DNA of 39,041 bases, from the sequence record SRR31156797_2251; one strand, written 5' to 3'. Of this stretch, positions 1 to 8,440 are shown piece after piece. Every line of letters starts with the position of its first letter. The first letter of the stretch is position 1. A program made the translations under genes and the position numbers. The notes below the pieces were generated by a model. It made no database searches, was not told the DNA's origin, and saw nothing but the letters and a program-made list of their open reading frames with translations.

Positions 1-940
1 CATAGTTGATCACATGGGAAACCCGGGTGACATCAATGCCTCTTGCGGCGATATCGGTGGCCACCAGGATCTGAAAAGTACCGTTCCGAAAACCATCCAA
101 TGCCGCCTGGCGACGTCCCTGGGAAAGATTTCCCTGCAGAGACGCACAGCGGTATCCGGCTTTCTCAAGCTTTTGCCCCAGGCTTTTGGCACGGTACTTG
201 GTCCGGGTAAATACCAGCACCGACTTGGCGGCGGTATTTCCCAGCAGCTTCAGAAGCAGCGCCGTTTTCAGATGATGTGCCACCGGATAGAGCGCATGAC
301 GGACCGTATCCGCGGGCGCCACGGTCCCCACCTGGACGGTGCTCGGATTCCGCAGGATATCTTTTGCCAGCCGGCGTATTTCGGCCGGCATGGTGGCCGA
401 GAAAAGCAACGTCTGACGTTTTTTGGGCAGACGCGCCAGAATGCGCCGGATATCGGGTAAAAAACCCATGTCGAACATCCGGTCCGCCTCATCAATGACC
501 AGCACTTCCAACGGGGAAAAATGGACGGTCCGGCGATTCATATGATCCAGTAGCCTTCCCGGACATGCCACCACAATATCGGCACGCTTCAGTTTCTCAA
601 TCTGAGGGTGAATCCCCACACCACCGTAAACCGTGACGCTTTTCAGATGGGTTTTACGACCCAGTGTTTCAATGGCCTGATGAATTTGTTCGGCCAGCTC
701 ACGGGTGGGCGCCATGATCAGCGCACGAACACCGGCCGTCTTTTTTCCCATGAGCCGGTTCAGTATGGGCAGGACAAAGGCAGCGGTTTTACCGGTACCG
801 GTCTGAGCCACTCCCATCATATCGCGATTCTCGAGAACTTTGGGAATTGCACGGGCCTGGATCGGGGTGGGGTTGACATAGCCCGCTGCCGCGACACCTG
901 CCGCCACAGTGGGGTGAAAATTAAAAGTCTTAAAATTCAA
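1..940 (-). CDS. DEAD-box ATP-dependent RNA helicase (RhlE-like), 3' end runs off the window
   Basis: Manual translation (absent from the ORF track): TTG start at 940, MNFKTFNFHP...PTPIQ (Q motif), AQTGTGKT (Walker A), PTRELA, VIDEAD, SAT, ATDIAARGID, SHVINY at the window edge. Purine-rich RBS GAAAGAAGGTG upstream. Confidence 0.95.
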   Translation of the reverse strand, partial: MNFKTFNFHPTVAAGVAAAGYVNPTPIQARAIPKVLENRDMMGVAQTGTGKTAAFVLPILNRLMGKKTAGVRALIMAPTRELAEQIHQAIETLGRKTHLKSVTVYGGVGIHPQIEKLKRADIVVACPGRLLDHMNRRTVHFSPLEVLVIDEADRMFDMGFLPDIRRILARLPKKRQTLLFSATMPAEIRRLAKDILRNPSTVQVGTVAPADTVRHALYPVAHHLKTALLLKLLGNTAAKSVLVFTRTKYRAKSLGQKLEKAGYRCASLQGNLSQGRRQAALDGFRNGTFQILVATDIAARGIDVTRVSHVINY

Positions 941-968
941 AAAAAACACCTTCTTTCCATGTTCCAAT

Positions 969-998
969 AAAAAAAGCCCCGGAATTATTCCAGGGCTT
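969..998 (-). terminator. Intrinsic terminator-like hairpin inside the 5' leader of the helicase gene
   Basis: Minus strand AAGCCCTGGAAT-A-ATTCCGGGGCTT followed by a T-run. The one irregular pair is U-G on this strand but C-A on the other. Confidence 0.7.
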
Positions 999-1042
999 AC
1001 GTGATTTTTAGTTACAACCAGGAACATCAATTATTGCCCTGT

Positions 1043-1071
1043 ATTTTAGACACCTTTAAAGCCAAAGTCAA
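1043..1071 (-). promoter_or_regulatory. Sigma70-like promoter for the helicase
   Basis: TTGACT-17 bp-TAAAAT on the minus strand. Confidence 0.65.
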
Positions 1072-1133
1072 GTGTATTTATCTGTATTTAACGCCTGGAA
1101 CTATTTCCCGGGATTCCCATGGCCATTTCCATA

Positions 1134-1162
1134 TTGACCCGCAAACAATATTCTTCTATTCT
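1134..1162 (+). promoter_or_regulatory. Sigma70-like promoter for the antiporter pair (divergent from the helicase promoter)
   Basis: TTGACC-17 bp-TATTCT. Confidence 0.5.
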
Positions 1163-1302
1163 CGAAACAGAAAATTTTTAGCAGCTTGCTTTGAGAAGGG
1201 AACCCGGCCATACGGATATTTTGAAGCGTCCCCCCCCATAATCAGTGTTTTAGGCAGTGGTTTAGGATGCATTGATGTTTTTGTGGAGGATTGTTTTGAA
1301 AA

Positions 1303-2355
1303 ATGAAACATTCACTTTGTGAATGGGTTGCTAACGAAGCGCTTTTAAACCATCTGATAGCCGGCTTTCCAGCTTGGGGCCTTCTGCTGATGATGGTGAT
1401 GTGCATTTATGTCCTCTCCAAAGGGGCGGACTACATGATAGACGGAGCTGCATCTCTGGCCATGCGTACCGGCATGCCTCGCATTGTCATCGGCGCCACC
1501 ATCATTTCACTGGGCACCACCATGCCGGAAATGTTCGTCAGTGTGCTGGCGGCATGGACCGGAAACCCGGGGCTTGCCCTGGGGAACGGTGTGGGCTCCA
1601 TCATCTGCGACACCGGTCTCATATTCGGTTTGATGTGCATTATCAGCAGGCTTCCGGTAAAACGGTACATCCTCAACCGCACGGGCTGGGTGCAGGTGGG
1701 CGCCGCCACCCTGTTGGTCCTCATATCTGTTCTGGCCCATGTAACCGGCAACGGTCGGCCGGTTCTGGGTCGCGGGGTAGGGTTGACTTTTCTGGCCCTG
1801 CTGGCCTGGTATCTTTTCATGGCTTATCTTTGGGCCCGTCAGGGAGGCGAAGAGAAAGAAGAAGAGGAAGAGGAGAAACCCGATTGGGGCATACTCAATT
1901 CGTTATGGTTGACCCTTGTGGGTCTGCTGGGGGTGATTGTGAGTTGTCGGCTGGTGGTACCGGCTGCCGCTGAAGGGGCCGGACGTATGGGTGTGCCCCA
2001 GGACATCATCGCAGCCACCCTGGTGGCTTTCGGGACATCTCTTCCCGAATTGATGACCGCCATCACCTCGGTGCGCAAGGGGCACCCCCAGATCATGGTG
2101 GGTAACGTGGTGGGTGCCGATGTCCTGAACTGTTTGTTTGTGATCGGCGCGGCAGCCACGGCCCATCCCCTGGAGGTTCCCCCCAACTTTTTCACTTTTC
2201 ATTTCCCGGCCATGCTGATAATTCTCTACTCGTTCCGGGTCTTCATCTTCATGAACAAGGACGGCTGGTTCAAACGCTGGCAGGGCATCTGGATTTTAGG
2301 CGTTTATGCATCGTACCTTATTTTGCAGTACACATTCAATCTGGGCGCCACATAA
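1303..2355 (+). CDS. Calcium/sodium (CaCA, YrbG family) antiporter, copy 1
   Basis: Two alpha-repeats, GTTMPE...GNGVGS and GTSLPE...GNVVGA; about 10 hydrophobic segments; acidic central loop. Confidence 0.92.
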   Translation: MKHSLCEWVANEALLNHLIAGFPAWGLLLMMVMCIYVLSKGADYMIDGAASLAMRTGMPRIVIGATIISLGTTMPEMFVSVLAAWTGNPGLALGNGVGSIICDTGLIFGLMCIISRLPVKRYILNRTGWVQVGAATLLVLISVLAHVTGNGRPVLGRGVGLTFLALLAWYLFMAYLWARQGGEEKEEEEEEKPDWGILNSLWLTLVGLLGVIVSCRLVVPAAAEGAGRMGVPQDIIAATLVAFGTSLPELMTAITSVRKGHPQIMVGNVVGADVLNCLFVIGAAATAHPLEVPPNFFTFHFPAMLIILYSFRVFIFMNKDGWFKRWQGIWILGVYASYLILQYTFNLGAT

Positions 2356-2460
2356 TCATGGGACATGGGGACAAAAAAATCAAGAACGTCATCTCGGTTG
2401 TAAAGGATCGTCTTGAAAATGAAACGTTCGTAAAAATACTATTTCTATTGAAAGGAAAAT

Positions 2461-3432
2461 ATGACACTCAATGTATTGTTTTGCGTATTTGGTTTTGCCA
2501 TGCTGTATTACGGGGCGGGATGGCTGGTGAAGGGTTCGTCCAGTCTGGCCAGAAGCCTGGGCGTAACACCGGTGGTGATCGGTCTCACGGTGGTGGCCTT
2601 CGGTACTTCCGCGCCCGAACTGGTGGTCAGCATGGTTTCCTCCATTCAGGGCAAGAGCATGATTGCCGTGGGAAATGCGGTGGGAAGCAATATCTGCAAT
2701 ATCGCGCTCATTCTGGGAATGTCGGCGGTTTTTCAGCCCATCACCTGCCACCCATCGGTGGTGAAACGGGACATCCCCATCATGATCGGCATTTCCTTTT
2801 ATCTGCTGGTACTTTCCTTCAATTCCACCATCGGGCGCTTTGAGGGGGCAACCCTCTTTGGCGGACTTATCCTGTATACGTTTTTCAACTATTACAATAC
2901 TCGGAAGGTATCCGCAAGCGGTGCCCATATCATACCCAAACTGAGCACTGAAGAAGCCGGTTTCATAGCATCGAGGGGTAAACAGCTCCTGTTCATCAGC
3001 GTCGGCATATGCGGCGTGGTGTTGGGGGCTCAACTGGTGGTGGATTCCGCCGTAAAGATTATGACGGTGATGGGGGTTTCCGAAAAATTCATAGGGCTGA
3101 CCATCGTGGCCTTCGGCACGTCGCTTCCCGAACTGGCAACCTCTGTTGTGGCGGCCATAAAAAAGGAGATGGATATCAGTGTGGGCAACCTGGTGGGAAG
3201 CAACGTGTTCAACATTCTCGGCGTGGTGGGGGTGGCTTCCCTGATCCGGCCCATCCCCATACCGGGTGGCTTTTTTCACAGCGGCCTGCTCATCGATTAC
3301 CTGGTAATGATATTCATCAGCGCGCTACCCTGGTTCATGATGCGAAAATCCCATACCCTAACCCGTAAAGGCGGACTCATCCTTCTGTTCTGCTATGTGG
3401 GGTACCTGATCTATCTGATTGGTAAAGCATAA
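2461..3432 (+). CDS. Calcium/sodium (CaCA, YrbG family) antiporter, copy 2
   Basis: Canonical alpha-repeats GTSAPE...GNAVGSN and GTSLPE...GNLVGSN. Confidence 0.94.
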   Translation: MTLNVLFCVFGFAMLYYGAGWLVKGSSSLARSLGVTPVVIGLTVVAFGTSAPELVVSMVSSIQGKSMIAVGNAVGSNICNIALILGMSAVFQPITCHPSVVKRDIPIMIGISFYLLVLSFNSTIGRFEGATLFGGLILYTFFNYYNTRKVSASGAHIIPKLSTEEAGFIASRGKQLLFISVGICGVVLGAQLVVDSAVKIMTVMGVSEKFIGLTIVAFGTSLPELATSVVAAIKKEMDISVGNLVGSNVFNILGVVGVASLIRPIPIPGGFFHSGLLIDYLVMIFISALPWFMMRKSHTLTRKGGLILLFCYVGYLIYLIGKA

Positions 3433-3491
3433 GAAAAAACCGAACAATGCATGGCGCCCCGGCAATAAATACCGGTTCAAGGAAAAAATCA

Positions 3492-3519
3492 TTGACAAAC
3501 ACCCCATTCATTTTATAGA
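3492..3519 (+). promoter_or_regulatory. Probable sigma70 promoter upstream of the attenuator
   Basis: TTGACA at 3492 followed by TATAGA after 16 bp. Confidence 0.45.
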
Positions 3520-3554
3520 AGTGTTTAAGAGTATCCGACAATGAGATTATACGC

Positions 3555-3623
3555 ATGATGTATCAAAAATTCACGGGCTTTTTTTATTTTATGTTCTGGG
3601 GAATACCTGTGCCCGTGGATTGA
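3555..3623 (+). CDS. Aromatic-amino-acid-rich leader peptide MMYQKFTGFFYFMFWGIPVPVD (22 aa)
   Basis: 5 Phe, 2 Tyr and 1 Trp in 22 codons, overlapping attenuator segments 1 and 2. Confidence 0.8.
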   Translation: MMYQKFTGFFYFMFWGIPVPVD

Positions 3624-3680
3624 TGGCGTTTTTGACAATTTTAAAGCCGTGGGCATTCAAAAGCCCACGGCTTTTTTTTT
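3568..3680 (+). promoter_or_regulatory. Ribosome-mediated transcription attenuator (1:2 pause stem, 2:3 antiterminator, 3:4 terminator)
   Basis: AATTCACGGGC (3568-78) pairs with GCCCGTGGATT (3611-21). GTGCCCGTGG (3609-18) pairs with CCGTGGGCAT (3647-56). AAAGCCGTGGGC/GCCCACGGCTTT plus T9 forms the terminator (3643-3680). Confidence 0.85.
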
Positions 3681-3747
3681 GCTTCTTTTCCAGCGACGGG
3701 GATTCGGAACCCATAGATTTAAAACATTATGATTGAAGGAAGAAAAA

Positions 3748-6318
3748 ATGAGACAGACGATCTTAAAACCCATTGCCATTACACCCAATTTCTATCGACT
3801 GGGCACGGCTGCTTTTCCTGCTTTTCTGTCCATGGGAAAGGTCGGCATGATCATTGAGGGCGGCACGGGGCCCACGTTTGAGATGATCGTCGAACAGGTC
3901 GGAACCCTGGGTGTTGAGATGAAGCAGATAGAATACATCCTCCTCACCCATACCCATGCGGACCATATCGGCGCCTTGCCCCATTTGAAACACAGGTGGC
4001 CGCATCTCAAACTCGTTGCCAGTGGACCCGGCGCAAGGATACTGAATACCCGGGAGCTGTACAACGAATTCCTTCTGGTGGATCTGGGCATCGCACAGCT
4101 CATGCGCGCCAAATCCGAAATCAACACCATACCGCCCATACCTGAAAATTACCGTTTTGAAGTTGACCTGGTGGTCAAAGGTAATGATACCATCGACCTG
4201 GGAAAAGGCGTGACATGGGAAATCATTGATACCCCGGGTCATTCACCGTGCCATATTTCAGCCTACGAAAAAAGGGATGGCACATTGGTGGTAGGGGATG
4301 CCACGGGTTTCTACGTACCGGAAAAGGACCTTTTCTGGCCCAATTATTTCCTGTCTTTAAAGAGCTATATGGAAAGTATCCAAAAACTCGCCACATTTCC
4401 CGCCAAACGTGCCGTGCTCAGTCACAATGCGGTAGTGGAAGGGGACATTCACCGCTATTTCCAAAGCGCCATGGGGGCAACCCGGAAATATCATGAAAAT
4501 CTTCTGACCCAGCTTGAACGTGGAAATTCAGCCGAAAGTATTGCCCTGGAAGGGGCCCAGTTCGTCAACACCCTCACGGACATCCAGCCCTTCAAGGTCA
4601 TGTACGACCTTTGTAAACTCATGATTAACCGTTCCCGTGAAAATGGTAACTCGCTACATTTCAACCTGTCGAAAGAAGAAACACCTGTCTTCCGTGAAAC
4701 GCCTGAAGCCGAAGTTACGGTGGAATCTTTTTCCGACCCGGATATTTTAACGCTTCCTGAAACCGAAAAAAACCTGAACCTGAGCGAACGATTGAGCCTG
4801 GTGGCATTGATCGATGAAGGCATGCGCCGGGGATTGGCGGAAGCGCCGGTTTCGGCGGACCTGTTTGACAATCTGTGGGAACTGGTGGGCGCCACCGCAA
4901 AGGGCGGCCGTATCAACAGGTTGCCCTTTCCCAAAACAGGCACCGATTCCGAAAATGGGTTTCAGATGTTCGAAATAAAGGCGGAGACCGGCGAAAACCT
5001 CGCCCGCCTCAACATGATCTACCTGAAAAAACCCATACCCTGCTATTACCTGGTGTACGTGGAAGTGGCGGCACCCTTCAGACGAAAAGGTCTGGGGCAC
5101 CAGATTTTGAAATCATTTGCGGATTTTCTCACCCATAAATCAGCCGTGGGCATTCTCGACAACATCATCCCCCAGGAGGATCCCACCAACGATGTTTATT
5201 TGAAACAGTCCTGGATTCCCGTGGAAAAAATCATCGGGAATCTGATGTTTTATAAAGATAACAACTACATGATTTTCATCCCCCCCTCACTGGAAAACAG
5301 GGATCTGAAACAACCGGTCCTGAAACTCATCTATCACTTGAAGCGGAAACGGGCGGTCATTGATATTCGGGAAAACGAAACCATGGTCAAGAAAACGCTC
5401 AATGAATTCAGGGAGCTTTATCAGGCGCTCATGACCTATTTTCATTCGGAACTGGAGAGCTCTCGATCTTCGGTATTCATGCGTTTTCTATTCACCCGCT
5501 TTGTGACCAAATTCATCGCTTTCAGGCGCCGGATCGGCGACCTGGTGGGATATACCGGCGGTGAATCCACCGAACAGGTTGTTCTGGACCCTAGCATCAA
5601 GAGATTACAGGTGAAGTCATATGCCCCGAGAGAATTTGTAAAAGAGGACGCGGTTGTGATGGGGGCACTGGGACTGTTGTCGAAGCTTCCGGAAGATTTA
5701 AAAGAGAAACCGGCCCAGGTCATTGAGTCGCTGCCCAATTATCGAAGGCCCAACTTTATGTTGTGGCTTAAAGAGAACGGGAAAACCTATGAAGACACGC
5801 TGACCTTGGAAGACCTCATGGATCTGGGATTTGATCCCACCCGGTTGAAAGAAATCGAGATCGACCACCAGAACTACATCTTTGAGCGGGTCCAGGCGAG
5901 ACAGATCGACGCCCTTCAAAAAAAGGGGGAATTGCTGTCCAGAATTTCGGCCGAAATGCCCAATACAAAAATCAAAAGCGCCCAGTTGAAAGCGAACCCC
6001 ATTTTGCTGATCATTCGCGACCGTGGAAACGGCTATGTTCTGTGGCGAAAAATAGATGCCATCCACTGGGAAGAAGCCATTGAACAGCTCCAAAGCAATC
6101 CCAGCTTGAAATCGGTTAATGACGCGGTGAAATTGGATAGAATCATTCTTGAAACGGTCAAAACCACAGCCACCACCATCAGCAATGAGTTGCATATGGA
6201 AAGAGAGACGATTATTGACCAGCTAACCCCTTTTGTCTCCTGGGATTTGGCAAATAATCGACCAAAAATGGTGATTGATTTTGCATTCTCTTACCTGGAG
6301 TCCATCTGGATGGCCTAG
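3748..6318 (+). CDS. MBL-fold metallohydrolase fused to a GNAT-like domain and an uncharacterised C-terminal region
   Basis: N-terminal THTHADH...TPGHS...GD...SH metal ligands; central VEVAAPFRRKGLGHQIL acetyl-CoA-binding motif A. ATG 3748 preferred over TTG 3733 (purine-rich RBS in between). Confidence 0.8.
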   Translation: MRQTILKPIAITPNFYRLGTAAFPAFLSMGKVGMIIEGGTGPTFEMIVEQVGTLGVEMKQIEYILLTHTHADHIGALPHLKHRWPHLKLVASGPGARILNTRELYNEFLLVDLGIAQLMRAKSEINTIPPIPENYRFEVDLVVKGNDTIDLGKGVTWEIIDTPGHSPCHISAYEKRDGTLVVGDATGFYVPEKDLFWPNYFLSLKSYMESIQKLATFPAKRAVLSHNAVVEGDIHRYFQSAMGATRKYHENLLTQLERGNSAESIALEGAQFVNTLTDIQPFKVMYDLCKLMINRSRENGNSLHFNLSKEETPVFRETPEAEVTVESFSDPDILTLPETEKNLNLSERLSLVALIDEGMRRGLAEAPVSADLFDNLWELVGATAKGGRINRLPFPKTGTDSENGFQMFEIKAETGENLARLNMIYLKKPIPCYYLVYVEVAAPFRRKGLGHQILKSFADFLTHKSAVGILDNIIPQEDPTNDVYLKQSWIPVEKIIGNLMFYKDNNYMIFIPPSLENRDLKQPVLKLIYHLKRKRAVIDIRENETMVKKTLNEFRELYQALMTYFHSELESSRSSVFMRFLFTRFVTKFIAFRRRIGDLVGYTGGESTEQVVLDPSIKRLQVKSYAPREFVKEDAVVMGALGLLSKLPEDLKEKPAQVIESLPNYRRPNFMLWLKENGKTYEDTLTLEDLMDLGFDPTRLKEIEIDHQNYIFERVQARQIDALQKKGELLSRISAEMPNTKIKSAQLKANPILLIIRDRGNGYVLWRKIDAIHWEEAIEQLQSNPSLKSVNDAVKLDRIILETVKTTATTISNELHMERETIIDQLTPFVSWDLANNRPKMVIDFAFSYLESIWMA

Positions 6319-6322
6319 AATG

Positions 6323-7567
6323 CTAGTAAATCATCCCCACCAGCGCGCCGGTCATGCAGGTGGCAATGGTCCCCGCTAGGATGGATTTGAGCCCCAAACC
6401 CACGATTTCATCGCGTCTTTCAGGCGCCATGGCGCCCAGGCCACCGATCATGATGCCCAGGGAACCGAAATTGGCAAACCCGCACATGGCATAAATCATG
6501 ATCAGGCGACTCCTATCGGACAAGGCTCCTTGGGGTAATGCTGCGAGGTTGAGATAGGCCAGCAATTCATTCAACACGGTTTTGATTCCCATCAACCCTC
6601 CCGCCGTCACGACCTCCGGTCCCGGGATCCCCATGAGCCATGCAACGGGCGCCATCAAATAGCCCACAAGCCGTTCAAAAGTGACCGGTTTACCTGAAAT
6701 TTCAGGCAGGAACGCCAGAACGAGATTCATCAAATGGACCAGGGCCACAAAAACAACCAGCATGGCGATAATATTGATCAGGAGCTTGATGCCGCCCAGA
6801 ACACCATTGGTGATGGCATCCATGGCGCTTTTTGCGCCCCTCGGTACGGCAAGGGCTTCCCCGGAAGAATGGGATGTCTCCGGAACCATGAGTTTGGAGA
6901 TGGTAATGGCGGCGGGGGCACTGACAATGGATGCCACCAGCAGATGCCCCATGATGCCGGGGACCACCGGCTGAAGTATGGACGCGTACAGAACCATCAC
7001 CGTACCGGCAATGGTGGCCATGCCACACACCATAATGGTAAAGAGTTCACTCCTGGAAATCTTTGAAAGGTAAGGCCTGACAAACAGCGGCGCCTCCACC
7101 ATGCCGATAAAGACATTGGCTGCGGCGGCGAGGCCTTCCACGCCACCGATTCCCATGACACGCCTCAGTATCCACGCAAAACCATTGACCACCAGAGGGA
7201 TGATACGCCAATAAAAAAAGAGGGACGTCAAAGCGCTGATCACCAGTACCAGGGGCAACCCCCGAAAGGCGAGCACATAGCTGAAAGCGGGATTTTTCGC
7301 GTCAAAAGGGAGGGGACCGCCTCCCAGATAACCGAACACAAAACCGGTTCCCGCCTGGGTGGACATCTCAATGGCCCGCACGGCTTTGTTCAACCAGCCA
7401 AAAACCTCCTGGCTTCCCGGAAATTTCAGCAGCAACAATGCCAGGCATACCTGCAGTAACAACCCGGCGATCAACGTTCCGGAATTAATATTCTTTCGAC
7501 CCTCTGAAAAGAGCCATGCCAGAAAGGGAAGCACGAGAAAACCTAAGAAACTTTGTAAGTGATTCAA
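6323..7567 (-). CDS. Concentrative nucleoside transporter (CNT/NupC family)
   Basis: Motifs FVFG, ANVFIGMVEAPL, GMATIAG, NELLAY, MCGFANFGSLGI. Start moved from 7756 to TTG 7567, where the hydrophobic N-terminus begins. Confidence 0.93.
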   Translation of the reverse strand: MNHLQSFLGFLVLPFLAWLFSEGRKNINSGTLIAGLLLQVCLALLLLKFPGSQEVFGWLNKAVRAIEMSTQAGTGFVFGYLGGGPLPFDAKNPAFSYVLAFRGLPLVLVISALTSLFFYWRIIPLVVNGFAWILRRVMGIGGVEGLAAAANVFIGMVEAPLFVRPYLSKISRSELFTIMVCGMATIAGTVMVLYASILQPVVPGIMGHLLVASIVSAPAAITISKLMVPETSHSSGEALAVPRGAKSAMDAITNGVLGGIKLLINIIAMLVVFVALVHLMNLVLAFLPEISGKPVTFERLVGYLMAPVAWLMGIPGPEVVTAGGLMGIKTVLNELLAYLNLAALPQGALSDRSRLIMIYAMCGFANFGSLGIMIGGLGAMAPERRDEIVGLGLKSILAGTIATCMTGALVGMIY

Positions 7568-8004
7568 TTTTTCTCTCACAAAAGAAATGGAATAGGCAAG
7601 GCGTTTTGCCGATGAACCGGGCCGATAGTAGCAAAATCCAAGGTTTGGGGTCAATGAAATTGATCGCGCCAACATTTCCCCTCGAACCTGCACCCGCGGC
7701 CGCGCAATATGCCCCACTGTGGGCCCGACTGAAACCCAATCCAGATATCCTGCCACAAAAGTATTGACATATTCATAGAATTTTTAGATGCTATCAACAG
7801 TGACCTATTATAAAGTAAGCATGTTGAAGATGTGACACTGCATGCTGGAAAAAATTCTACTTTAGATGTATACGTTTCAATAAATACATTTTTTCACTTT
7901 GACGGCTCTATTGAACATCATACGTGAAATCATTTCAGATCTTAATATTTTTTGCGGCATTATTTATAACACATTTCATCATTTCTTAAAAGGAGGACGA
8001 ACTA

Positions 8005-8439
8005 ATGGCAAAAACCCTTACGGAAATGGCGGTGGAATTGGCAACCGCTCAGGCATCCCACTCAACCATGTCAGCCGAAGAGGTGGAAATTTTCCTGACA
8101 AAAACGTTCCAGACATTAAACACCCTCAAAAAGCTGGAAGAAGGGGATACCGTGGACATGGAGGAATCCCCCGAACCCGCGCCGGATCCCAAAAAGTCAA
8201 TCCTGAAAAACAAGGTAATATGTCTCGAATGCGGACGGGAATTCAAGATTTTAACCAGCAAACACCTGCAAAAAGAACATGGCATGGATTCAAAGGAATA
8301 CCGAAAGAAATACGGCTTCTCAGCCCGGCAATCCCTGGCCGCCAAGTCGCTCTCGGCAGAACGAAGCGCCACCGCCAAAAAGCATAAACTCGGAGAAAAA
8401 CTTCAGGCGAATAAAAAGAAAAGGGGAAAGAAAGCCTAA
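8005..8439 (+). CDS. MucR/Ros family zinc-finger transcriptional regulator
   Basis: KKSI...ICLECGREFKIL..KHL...HGM...EYRKKYG...L; AGGAGG RBS; AT-rich upstream region; basic C-terminal tail. Confidence 0.92.
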   Translation: MAKTLTEMAVELATAQASHSTMSAEEVEIFLTKTFQTLNTLKKLEEGDTVDMEESPEPAPDPKKSILKNKVICLECGREFKILTSKHLQKEHGMDSKEYRKKYGFSARQSLAAKSLSAERSATAKKHKLGEKLQANKKKRGKKA

Positions 8440-8440
8440 A

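Noticed and set aside
14-970. Plus-strand ORFs 14-460 and 608-970
   Set aside because: Antisense shadows of the DEAD-box helicase
1165-1302. Long leader before the first antiporter as a Mn2+ or Na+ riboswitch
   Set aside because: I could not find yybP-ykoY or other conserved motif nucleotides
3541-3558. Five-codon ORF MRLYA overlapping the leader peptide start
   Set aside because: Too short and featureless to support independently, though it could aid translational coupling
7568-7756. 63-codon N-terminal extension of the nucleoside transporter
   Set aside because: Not transporter-like; family similarity begins at TTG 7567
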